Origin: Cenococcum geophilum
Taxonomy: Eukaryota
DNA length: 64,000 nucleotides
Direction of reading: 5' to 3'
NCBI GenBank assembly: GCA_050273025.1
Contig: CP158635.1
Span: 992,001 to 1,056,000 of the forward strand
Shown here: one piece after another, positions 12,301-24,021 of the stretch
How the letters are laid out: each line of letters opens with the position of its first letter
Numbering within the stretch: the first letter of the stretch is position 1
Notes under the pieces: model-generated
Databases searched by the model: none
What the model was told of the DNA's origin: nothing
The model's input: only the letters and a program-made list of their open reading frames with translations
Position numbers and translations under genes: made by a program

Positions 12301-15300
12301 TAAAAGCAATAAAGTAGTACTTAATTGATAACCTAGATAAAGGGTTTATCGAGCTAAGTTAAGCCCCTTTTGCTTCCCCTATTCTGTTTATAAAAAAGCC
12401 TAATAGAGGCCTTTGTTTTTATATTAACTATTAAAAGCTAAACGCTATTACTTAAAAGGACCAGTATCCTATTTCTTTAATTAATAAGACCCTTGTACGT
12501 TTAAGCTAGGCAAAGATCTTTATTAAACTTAATATCCGCTAAGCTTTTTACCGAATTAGGATAAACCCTATATCTAAAGATTTAACAACGTTCTATACCT
12601 ACTATAGTTCCTATAAATATAAAGTTCTTCCTTTTAGACTAATAAACGGACCGGCTATATACTAAAGGTATATAAATAACGTTCTTTTTAATTACCTTAA
12701 CGAATTCTGTATGGCATACCTAGACGACATTCTTATATACTTAGACGACGAACTTAAGTATTAAGTTTATATTAAGAAGGTCCTGGAGAGACTACGGAAC
12801 GCGGGCTTATAAGTTGATATTAAGAAATGCGAGTTTGGGGTAAAACGTATAAAATACCTTAGGTTTATTATAACTACGGAAGGAATTAAGGTCGACCCTA
12901 AAAAGGTAGAGGCAATCCGTAACTAAAAGCCCCTTTATATAGTAAAAGGAATCCAGTTTTTCCTTAGTTTTTATAATTTCTACTACTGGTTTATTTATAA
13001 CTACGGAATTATGGTAAAACCTCTCGTACGACTAACTAGGAAGGATACACCTTTTATTTTTAATAATAGCTATATAGAGGCCTTTGAAGAGGTAAAGGAT
13101 TGGCTTATCTCTTCCCTAATTCTTTATCACTATAACCTAGACCTTAAATTAATGCTAGAAACAGACGCCTCTAATAGGGTCGTAGCGGGAATTCTATTAT
13201 AGTTATATCTAGACGGCGAATAGTACCCTATGGCTTTCTTCTTAAAGATAATAGACCTAGCTAAGTATAACTATAAAGTATATAATAAAGAAATGCTAGC
13301 TATTATTTGATTACTCTTCTAATAGCGTGTAAAGCTTAAAGGTACGAACTCCTAGATTAAGATATATACAGATTATAAAGCCCTAGAGTACTTTATAATT
13401 ATAAAGCAGCTTATAGGGCGATAAGCCTAGTGGGCTAAAATACTCTCCTAATTCTTCTTTATAATTATATATTGTTCTAGTAAGTAAAACTCTAAGGCTA
13501 ATACCCTAACCTAAAGAGAATAAGACGTAGGACCTTAGGATAAGCTAAAGACCTAATATTAGACGCGCGCCCTTTTTTATCTAGAACAGCTCGACCCGCG
13601 GATCCTTAAGGAGCTAGACTCCTAGTAAAATGAGCTAGTACTAATAGAGGAGTCCTTAAATAAGCTAATAGGGCTAATTAACCGCCTTCTAACTGCAAAC
13701 CGCACGGTTAATGCCCTAAGGGCCCTCTACGAATAAGCTATAAAAGGAGACCCCGATTTTAAGACGGAGGAAGGATTGCTCCTATACTAGGAGCGGCTTA
13801 TAGTCCCTAATATTAATAATCTATAGACCGAACTAATCCGCGAAGCTTATTGCTAAGTCTTTATAGTATACCCTAGTAAGAATAAGACCCGTAAAATTAT
13901 TAACTGCCGCTATTACTAGCTAAGAATGGTTATAGATATTAATCAATATATACGGAACTGCGAAGACTGCTAGAGAGCTATAATCCTATGGGATAAAACC
14001 CTAGGACTACTTAAGCCACTCCTAATACTAGAGCGCCCTTAGTAGCATATCTTTATAGACTTTTATAAACTACCTAGGGACCGTGACGGATACGATATAG
14101 TTATGGTTATAGTTAACCGCTTTAGTAAACGCCCGTTCTTAATTCTATATTATAAGAATATTAATGCCAAAGAGGCAGCCCGGCTATATGTCTATTACAT
14201 CTACTAAATCTACGGACTATTAGATACTATTATATCTAATTACGGGCCGTAGTTTATATCGGCCTTCTAGAATAAGTTTACCCGGATCCTAGGCATTAAG
14301 CTAAAGCTTTCTATAGCTTATTACCCCCAGATAGACGGTTAGATAGAGATTGTAAATTAGTACCTAGACTAGAGGCTTAGGCCCTTTATTAACTATTTCT
14401 AGGATAACTGGTCTAAACTACTACCCTTAATAGACTACGCGCAAGCAACCCTACCCCATAACTCTATAGGGTTTGCCCCAATTTAGCTAGAAATGGGATA
14501 CTTACCCCATATAAGCTTTAACTAGAAAAGGCTAGAAAAACCCTAGACTGTATAAGAGAAGCTATCCTATACTAAGGCCCAACAGTACGCTAAATAATTG
14601 GAGGAGGCTTAGACGGTAGCCCGCGAGAACCTAGAAAAAGCTTAGAGGTTAATGAAACAGTAGGCGAATAAACACTATTAAGAGCCCGATTTTGCCTCTA
14701 GTAATATAGTCTAGGTTATAATAAGGAATTGGAGGATCAAACGACCTAGCCATAAGCTGGACTACTAGATAGCAGGACCGTATAAGGTTCTTAAGAAGAT
14801 AGGCAACTTATATAAAATAAAGCTCCTAGACTTAATTAGGGTTTACCCTATCTTCTTACTAGATAAGTTATGGAAAGCTATAAACGACCTATTGTCTAGA
14901 CAAAAGAATGAGCCTCCCCTACCAGTTTAAGTAAACAGTAATAATAAATAGGAGGTTAACGAAATACTAGCCTATAAGATAGTATGGGGAGCGCTAAAAT
15001 ACCGTATCTAATAGAAGGGCTATAATCTTAACCTAACCTAGTACCCTGCGTGGAACTTTATAGGCTACCCCTAGAAGCTTAAAGAATTCTATAACTAATA
15101 CCCTAATACGCCTGGACCCCCGAAGTACCTAGACGAATAGATAAAATACTGGCATAATAAAGATAATAAGTTACTAGAAGAATATAGGGACAAAAACGCC
15201 CCAAAGCCCTAATATAGCTGTCTGCCAAATTCTGCCATATTCTGCCGTTTTCTGCTAGTACCGTAAAATTTCAGATATCTAGGAACTTTGACCGCCGGTT

Positions 15301-15739
15301 AAAGTTATCTAATTGGTTAAATCCGTGCTAAGACTTTTAGCGGCTACTCTTTCTGGCCTAGTGCTTCCACTTAGCCTATAATTGCCCTTTGTACTTAGTT
15401 AGGACGGACTTATATCCCCTTTTATCTCCTTATCTTATATTTTTGTAATCCTACATTTATAAGCCTAGTGCTACCCTATTTTTTCTAACTAAGCCTAAGG
15501 GCAGGCTTTCTTTTAAAGAGGGGGGTGATGTAACGGCGCTATCGCACGTTACCTGCCAAATTCTGCCATATTCTGCCGACCTACGATTAGCCCGCCTAAA
15601 GCTAGCGCCTTAGCGGCTTACCCTATATATTTGTTTATATCGGTCCTAGCGACCCCTTTTCCTTCTTTTTAGCTTAGTATCTTGGTAATACAGTATTTGT
15701 TTAAGCTTCGGTTTAAAGGCATTTATTTAAGCCGTGACA
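9302..15739 (+). mobile_element. Element A: full-length Ty3/Gypsy chromovirus, RIP-inactivated
   Basis: 211-bp LTRs 9302-9512 and 15529-15739; TSD CTCTT; PPT aaagaggggggtga; gag CCHC ~10780; RT YLDD ~12717; RNase H ETDAS ~13158; integrase; chromodomain ~14950-15110. Confidence 0.95.
11025..11268 (+). mobile_element. Solo LTR of element B family, inserted in the protease region of element A
   Basis: Reverse complement of the LTRs at 16960/23303; 4-bp TSD ATAC (11021-11024, 11269-11272); contains a (GACC)n(GACA)n microsatellite. Confidence 0.92.
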
Positions 15740-16867
15740 CTCTTACGCAATTACTAGGCGAGTTAGTTATAGCAATTATTTTTTTAGGGGAGTAGTCGCG
15801 AGTCCAATTTAGATTATAATAGTAACTTATTAAATTAGTACCCTTATTTAAACTAGGAACTTAATAGTATAACTACTAACTAGTTAACTAATAAGAATAA
15901 AGTTCGTCCCTAGATAAAGTAGAAAATTAAAAGTAGGGACTCTATAAGCGACTATTAGAGGGCTATATTAAACAGAAACTGCTACTATAAATACCTACTT
16001 AAGTTTCTCTAAGAGGATAAATGTAATCCTAAGACGTAAACTCTAAAGGCACTATAAGAGAGTTGTTGTAACGGTATAAGTTATAACCCTAATTTTCTTA
16101 TTATAACTACTGCGCTAACTACTCCTATCTTCCTTTAAAAACCAACCTTAGGCTTAAAGTAAGGTATTACTCTCTAATAGCTAATTAAGTGGTGTTAAGT
16201 ATAAGTGGATAAGTTGGTCCTAATAGAAGAGAGATTTACTTTAATGCCTTTTTTATATTTCTTACCTAGTTATTACTAATAGGTAATTATACGCGCCTTT
16301 AGTAAGGTTACCTTAGCTGCTAAGTTTCTAATATAAACTATAAAAGATCTTTATAAGTATTTCCTATTAGATAAATAGAAGCATACTATAGCTTAAGGGA
16401 AGTAGCTAGTTTAGTTCCTTTGCTAGAATATAGACAGTATATTAGCTAAGTAGTTAAAGTCTAAAAAACCTAAGAAACTAATATCTAGTACTAGTAACTC
16501 ATTATCTATAGCTAGTAGCGCTAGTAATAGTAAGCTTATAGCCGATAAATAAAGGGCGTAGGTTATAGAAAAATAAACTAAGATTAATAATAAGACTGCT
16601 TTACTAGTTATATTATAGTAGAAGAAGCTTATAAAGAACTATATACGCTTATTTAGCTTAGTATTAAAATCCCCTTTCTTAACGGCGGTGCCATCTTTAG
16701 CTAAAGGAGTCACTCTATCTCCCCTTAACTAGTGTAGTATACTATCCCTTTTGCTATAGTATAACTAGTCGCCAGGATAAGGTTATAGTGGTTTATACTA
16801 GTTATAGTAATAAGAAATTAAATATAGGAAGTTGCAGAAACTAGAATTATAGAGTAAAAAGAGCGTG

Positions 16868-16935
16868 GTGCTAAAGACTAAACTGCTAGTGCTAAAGACT
16901 TAACTAATAGTACTAGAGACTTAACTAGTAGACTT
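16868..16935. repeat. 21-bp tandem repeat (about 3 copies) in the scaffold helicase C-terminal region
   Basis: gtgctaaagactaaactgcta / gtgctaaagacttaactaata / gtactagagacttaactagta. Confidence 0.75.
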
Positions 16936-16959
16936 ATAGACTGCTTCGCTAACTAATAG

Positions 16960-19900
16960 TGTGGGAGGGTACAACCACTCTTAGATAGGAAAGTCACAGT
17001 GCTATCTGTTTGTCGGTTGGTCGGTTAGTCGGTCGGTCGGTCAGTTGGTTAGTTAGTTATAATCAATTAGTAGGAAAGCAGTTAGTAAGAAGAAAGGAAA
17101 GAATATATTCCCGGTCGGTTGTAATTAAGAGAAAGAAAGAAGCCGAAGGCTCGATATATATAGGAAAATGCTAAGGCACTAAGTAGTGGCCCATTTTACC
17201 CTACTATATACCTCCCCTACTAAGAACGTTGTCCCCTAACATTTTATACTATAGAAGAATAGCTAAACAAAAGAATAGTAAAAGCAGAATAGAAAAAGGA
17301 AAGCGTATCCCTAAGAGAATGCAGATAACCTTATCCTTAGCCCTCCTATAGAACTGTTCTATAGCGTTCTTCTATTACCTATAGCTAAGATTTAATCTAG
17401 CAACTAGGACAGCAGTAAACTAGAAATAATAACGGTAGCAGTAATGGTAGTAACGGTAGCGGTAATAGTAATAGCAATAATAATAAAAGTAAATAGTTAG
17501 CGCGGTAAAATAAAATAGAATAGTTAGCGGTAGAACAGTCGGCAGAAAAACTCGCTAACAGTTAATAAGCAGTAGGACATCCAGTAGTAGAACTTTTAGT
17601 AGCAGAAATCTTAGTAGCGGTAGACGGTCGATGGTAGTTAGTTAGTAGCAGTCGGTTAATACAGTAGTAGTAGTAGTAGTAGTAGCAGTGACAGAACGGT
17701 TAATAACAAAACGGTCGGTAGCAGTCGGTTAGAGGCAGCTAGTTAGGCGGCGGCGGGGCGATTGAAATGGTAGGGTCTGGTGGTTAGGAAAGCCATAGTA
17801 GAACAGCTAAAACAGCATTAGGCCTAGAACAGGTCGGTTAGAACAGTTGGATAATATAGCAGATCCGGTAGATCTAGCAGTGGTACAGATCCGGCGTAGT
17901 AAGATAGAACAGTAGAGACGGAACAGTCGGTATAGTAATAGCAGTAGTGGCAGCGGTAGAACAGCTAGTCGGCAGTAGTAGAACGGATTAGTTAGAATAG
18001 TAGTATAAAACGGTATAATAGACCTAGTAGATCTAGCAGTAAATAGACCTAGCAGCGGTACAGATTTAGGACGGTAGAGATAGCAGTTGGTTAAGATAGC
18101 AAGGACGAAATAGCTAGACGGAATAGCGGCAGCAGTAGCGGCGATAGTAGGCCAGTTGATTAAACTGGCAGAGACTACGGCCTAACTAGGTGGTTCGGCT
18201 GGTTGTTTAATATTAGGACTCTATATCTAGCTCTATATCGGTCTATATTATATACAGCTCTTAATTAAAGCTCTATTGGTGGCTTTGCATTAGGTCCTAT
18301 ATTATTAGGCTTTATATCCGCATTATTCTACATCTGGCTGTGCATTAGGCTGCGCATTAGGCTGTATATTAGTAGCTCTGCATTATATACTCTGTGTCCG
18401 TGTTCGCACCTATAGTTCTAAAACGTCGACTAGCAATACTTCCGATAATCTACTAACTGTATACTGATTTCCTATATAGGCCTAGTCTCTGCGTATATGT
18501 CTGCGTGCGTGCCTTTATACCTGCTTTAACGGCTAGACAAAGACTGCCTAATTAGTTAGCGACGACGTGCTGTAACTAATCAGTCGGTAGTTTAATTAAG
18601 GTAGAAAGTCGGCCCGGTTAAAGGCCCTAATTGTCCTAATTTAAATATAGAGACGGCGTTTAGCTAATCTAGACTTAATGAGGCCCTAGCTTAACTTAAG
18701 GTGTCTTTTACTACATATATGACTAGGGCTTTGCATTTGTAGATAGTTAATTAAAGCTTCCGTGTAGACGTCCGATTGGTTAAGGTTCCGTATCTGCCGT
18801 TTAATTAAGGCTTTGCATCTATAGGCATCTAGTTAAGCTACTATACTATTGTCTAATTGGGGCTCTGCACCTATATGCTTTATATCTATAGGGTCTATAT
18901 AAGACTCTATATAAAGCTCCGTATTTATATTTATAGGAAAGATTGTTCTGGTTAACTAATCTATAGGCGTTAAGATGGGCGGTAATTGATTAATAAGGGG
19001 GGCTAAAGGGAGAGACTCTCGCAGAGGCTTTAAGATGCTAATTAGCCGTGTTTCTAACGTTCTTTTGGCCGTATACTGGCTTCCTAATTAGGTCTAGTGC
19101 CTACATGCCTACTATTATAGAATCTTTAACTGCTAATTAAAGATATCTAACGGCGACGGTAACTAATTTAATTTAACTGTGACAACGTATAATTAACTAA
19201 TATTTAAATAGGGTATTAGGTTGGCCTAACCGAAGGCTCTAATTTAACGACTTAACTGTAGAGGCAGCGTTTGACTAATTAGGATTTAATAGAGGCTCTG
19301 GCTTAACTTAAGGTGTCTTCTACTATATATACGATTAAGGCTCTATATCCGTAGGTTCGGCATCTACAGATAATTAATTAAAACTCTAGCTGTATAGTCG
19401 TTCAATTAAAGCCTTATATCTATGTAGTTAATTAAGGCTCCGCATTATATAATTAGGGCTCTTAGTATCTACTAGACGTCTAATCCAGAGACCCGTCTTA
19501 AGACTTCCTTCTTTGTAAGTACTAACGGTAGCTTCCTCTAAACCACTATAATAGGCCTAGCGCTTTTATAGGACGTCCTTAACAGCTACTTTCTTTCTTT
19601 TTTAAGCCGTCCTTGCTCTTGGCTTCTTTAGTACATCCTTAGGCTTTTATAGCTGCTTCTTTATTCCCGCTACTAGTAGTATACTTACGTATCTTTAATC
19701 TTCTTCCGGCTTAAAAACCCTCTTAAGATTGTCTTCTGCTTCTAGTCTTTTTGTTGCTGTCCTGCTAACTCTATGCTTTGTCTAAGTTATCCTTTAAAAC
19801 CATCCGGTGGCAGCTTCTTGGCTATTATAACTACCTTTGTTGCATATCCCTTGGCCTTATATTTATAATACAGCCCTTTATTAGATAACCTTTAAGGAAA

Positions 19901-22900
19901 AGCGCTGGTTCCTGTACGTCCAATTTCTATTCCCCTTATAATCCCTAACAAGGTCCTTTACTAGCTTAGCCAGACATGGCTTAGTCCTATCTTTAGTCGC
20001 ATAAGGATGGCTTAGGCTTAATGTAGTTAGCTGTACCCTGTGTACAATCTCTTGCAAAGTATCTTTGTTAGTACCTCTTCGTATACTGCTTTACGGTTCC
20101 ACGGTGCTTGTTTCTAATATCGTGCTGCTGTCCTTGTATATAGGTCCCTTCCTTACCGCGGTATCTGTTCTCGTCGTGCAGCTAGTGTAGTACTAAATTC
20201 GGGTAGTAGGGCAGAGCTGTGATTAGCTGTTGTTTAAATAAGGAACAAAGTCGGCCCGGTTGAAGGCTCTAATTTAATAACATTTAACTAATACGATTTA
20301 GTAACGGCGACGTACTAATATTGAGGCTCTGGCTTAATTCGTTCCTTTGACTAACTATAGCTTTTATACGGTTATTTAAGACCAAGGCTTCTGTATAGTC
20401 GTTCGATCAAGGCTCCGCGTATAGCTCTGTATCTGGCTCTGCATTATATAATTAGCTCTATATCCATGCAATTAATTAAGGCTCTTAGTGCCGTTCTCGT
20501 TATATAGCTAGCGTATTATTAAATTTTAGGGGCGGTGTAGAGTTCTGCCGGTTCTACTGCTAAATAGACTAATTAGGATTTTTTGTGCCGGGTATAGAAA
20601 ATTGCTATTGGCTTAGTAATAGGCGGTAAGCTAAACTAACATCTTTGCAGTAGGACGTGTTAACACGTCGCGATTAAGAAAGTAAATAAGAAAGGAGCTT
20701 TAGGAAATATAGTAAATAAGCAGATAAATAGAAATCTTTTACCGGCCGTTACCTACGTTCTCTCCCCCACCTTAGAACTTAACTGTCCCCTAGTCGAAAA
20801 TCCTACACCTACTGCGGAGCCTGCTATAGTGCTTGCTGCGGAGCCTAGTTATATAGTCGTCTCTAAAGTCGCGGCCAAGGGTCAGATAATCCGTCTATAG
20901 GTACTACTTAATAATAGTCTTCCCTAGCTTTAGCTGCCTTATCTATAGGCCATAACCTAATCTGGACGTAATCTCCTGGTTGTATATTATTCTCCTACGG
21001 CTTTATAGCTGTCCTAGTTGTACGGCTGTCTTTAAGGGTTAGGTAATTCTAATAGTAGTCCCCCTAGTTTATACTTTTCTCGTCACTAATCTTTAGCGCT
21101 ACTCCGTTATAGAAGGCCCGCTGCTGTATCTGTTCTTTCTTTAGTCTATCTAGGTTTACTCCTTAGTATATACGGAGCCAGTTCTTAATACCTTTTAGTT
21201 ATCCTTTATTGCCGAGCCATGGGAGTTTAGGTCTAGGTTAATTGTATATCCCGGCTACCAGTCTTCCTTAATCGGATAGATATATAAGTCCTTGCTAAAT
21301 AAGATCCTTTAAGCCTTAACATTCATGCTTAATAAAATGGTGACTCCCTCCGCATCCAAAACAGGTCCGTCGGCCTTGTCCTCGCGTACCCCGTGCGTCC
21401 CGTTACGGCAGTCTAAAGGTAGTAGAACCTTGCGGATATTAGAAGTCCTATAGATATTAAGAGTCTTACGGAGGTTAGGTGCTATTCTGCTAGTCTTTAT
21501 ATCCTAGTGCTAGGCTATATTTTTATACTAGGCTTTAAACTATAGCTTAATTTATAGTAGGCGACTGCTGCTATACTAGGGCTCCTCTGTATATACCTGG
21601 TCTAACTAGGTTAAGAAGTCTTCCTTCTCTATTACGGTTAACCTTATCCCTTTAAACCGGCTGCTAATTGCGGAATTATTTAACCAGCTGACGAAGGCTC
21701 TGCTCCTTAGGGTCTATTTTTAATAGATAATCTGCGCCCTTATATAAACTAAGTCTGTCCTCTACGGCTTTTTGCAGCTGATAGAAGTTAAAGGACTTTT
21801 ATCTATCTAGGTTAGCTCCCGTTTTGGCTATAGCGTATCTTTAATATTTAAGCGGAAGTCCTTTTATAAACCAGTATCCTTACTAACCGTTGTCTAAATT
21901 GCTAGCTTTAGTAGCCTTTTAAGAGATTAATGCGAACTGTTTACAGTACTCGCGTATGCTGTTTGGCGGATTGTCCCTATACTACTATATATAGGCTTCT
22001 AAGAATTCTACCGTTTTCATTTGTTGAAATTGGTTACTTTTTTAGTATTTTGCCCTAAGCTTTCTTATAAGCTCTATCTAGTTACTAGCTATAAATTTAG
22101 GCAAGCTTTAGATCTATATCTCTATCTAGTAATTATAGTACTCCGGAAGGCCCTGGTGCTTCTCCTTACTTATTATATAGTGTTGGACATATAGCCGTTT
22201 ATACTGCTTAATAAACTATAATACGTCCTACCCTATAAAGTACGGAGTTCTAATAGTTCCTAGGGCTAGTATAGGCTAGACTATAATATAGACCTTATCT
22301 TAAGTTGTTAACCGCTAGTTACGTGCATCTAGCGCTTCCTTAGGAGCTTATAGGCGGTCCTTGCGGTTTTTATCCTTTGTCTACGGAGGATTAGTCCTAG
22401 GTGTCGCGGGTAAATACTATAGTAGGTCTGCTTGCATTACCGCCTAAGGTAATAGTGTCCTAGATAGCTATCCTAGTATTAGTTTATACTTAGTAAAAGA
22501 AGTATAGGCTTTAGTTCCTTCTAGCTACTTCTTAACGCCTAGAGGTTGGTCTTCCTAGGAGAGCACAGAATTGCTATCTTCTACTACTGCCGGGTCTCGA
22601 TACGTCCGTCTATTTTAGCCTGCCGTTGCTCCGCGCGGTAGGGTACTGCTACGCCTTAGGCTTCTGCTTATATCTGCTTCTTTATAAAACGCCTCTAGAG
22701 CCGCTACTAATATAATCCGGATAACTTAAAAAAAGATAAAGCTAAGCCAGAATAGGAAGCTTTTAAGGAGAGACCCGATCTCGTATGCTTGTAACCTTGC
22801 TTGGTATTCTCTCTTCTGTTCCTAAAGGCTAGCGCTAACTTCCTCTGCCGCCAGATGCCTTAGATCTTGTTTCTATCTAATTAATTAGTTCTTAGCTTGT

Positions 22901-23551
22901 CGTCTTTACGTTTTTAATAAAGCTCTGGCCATGCTTATGCGCAGGTAGGAGAAATATCGGCCGCCGTCGAAGTTGTTTAATTGGCTCACTGGTTTGCCCA
23001 ACGTCCTTACTTATAACTTTCCGAGATACTCTTTTTACCACTCTTTAGCCTTTGCGTCAAGTCTAATGTCCATCTTTTCCGCTGTCTTTCTGTTTAGGGA
23101 CTACCTGGTTCCCCTTGCTGTCCGATACTGCCTGGTTCTCTGCTTTCGTCTCGTCTATCTAGCTGGCGGTTCTTCTATAGCTAGTCGTTCTTCTACAGCT
23201 GGTATATTCCTGCGTATCTCCTATATATATAGTTGTGTGTAGAATGCCAGACTTCTAATCTGAAGAGCTTGCCGTCGTCCCTACGTGGAATGCTATAAAA
23301 TATGTAGGAGGGTACGACCACTCTTAGATAGGAAAGTTATAGTGCTATCTATCTGTCGGTCGGTTGGTCGGTTGGTCGGTTGGTTGGTCGGTCAGTTAGT
23401 TATAATTAATTAGTAGGAAAGCAGTTAGTAAGAAGAAAGGAAAGAATATATTCCCGGTTGGTCGTGATTAAGAGAAGGAGAGAAGCCGAAGGCTTGATAT
23501 ATACAGGAAAATGCTAAGGCACTAAGTAGTGGCCTATTTTACCCCACCATA
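16960..23551 (-). mobile_element. Element B: LTR retrotransposon with Gypsy-type gag but no recognisable pol (probably non-autonomous)
   Basis: 249-bp LTRs 16960-17208 and 23303-23551; 4-bp TSD ATAG; minus-strand PPT ggggaggta; gag capsid-like region ~21850-22230 and CCHC CFGCGGSHHFIKHEC ~21320-21365; 17400-20520 is repeat-rich and shows no RT/RNase H/integrase motifs. Confidence 0.85.
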
Positions 23552-24021
23552 ATAGTATAGAGCCTAGCTTAGAACTACTTATAACTCCTAGTAATAAAAC
23601 TTATAGAGGTAGAAAAAGAAGGGTAAAGACTGTAGATTTTACTGCTAATAAGATACAGTAGAGTTTAGAAGGTATAGCTTCTATCTTATATAGGCAGTTT
23701 TTTTTTTATTTTTTTTTTTATATCCATTGTATTATACTACGTACAATACTGCGCATGCAGCCTCTAGGCTATGGCGCTATAGTCCTATATATATAAATCC
23801 CTTAGGGCAGCTTAACATGTACTAGTAACTATGTCCTAGTAGTTTATAAGCCCCTAAACTAGGGGTTTATAGTTCCTTAGTAAAATACTAAGTTATAAGC
23901 AACTACTAGGGAATGAGAAAACGGTAGAAAACTATAAGAAATAAGAAATCCTAACGCCTTTCCCTATCCTTTTGTAATTTATTTCTGTCCTTTTACTTAC
24001 TAATATCTCTTTTCTAGGAGC

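Noticed and set aside
7555..16100. Host Sgs1 or telomere-linked helicase gene
   Set aside because: It is RIP-saturated (so multicopy), linked to a DDE transposase, and no TTAGGG arrays are visible.
22973..23242. Small ORFs in the AT-rich block (also 10079-10291, 25895-26251, 39850-40208, 43845-44066, 60729-60965)
   Set aside because: Antisense shadows of transposon coding regions with no motif support, unlike the zinc-cluster frame in H.
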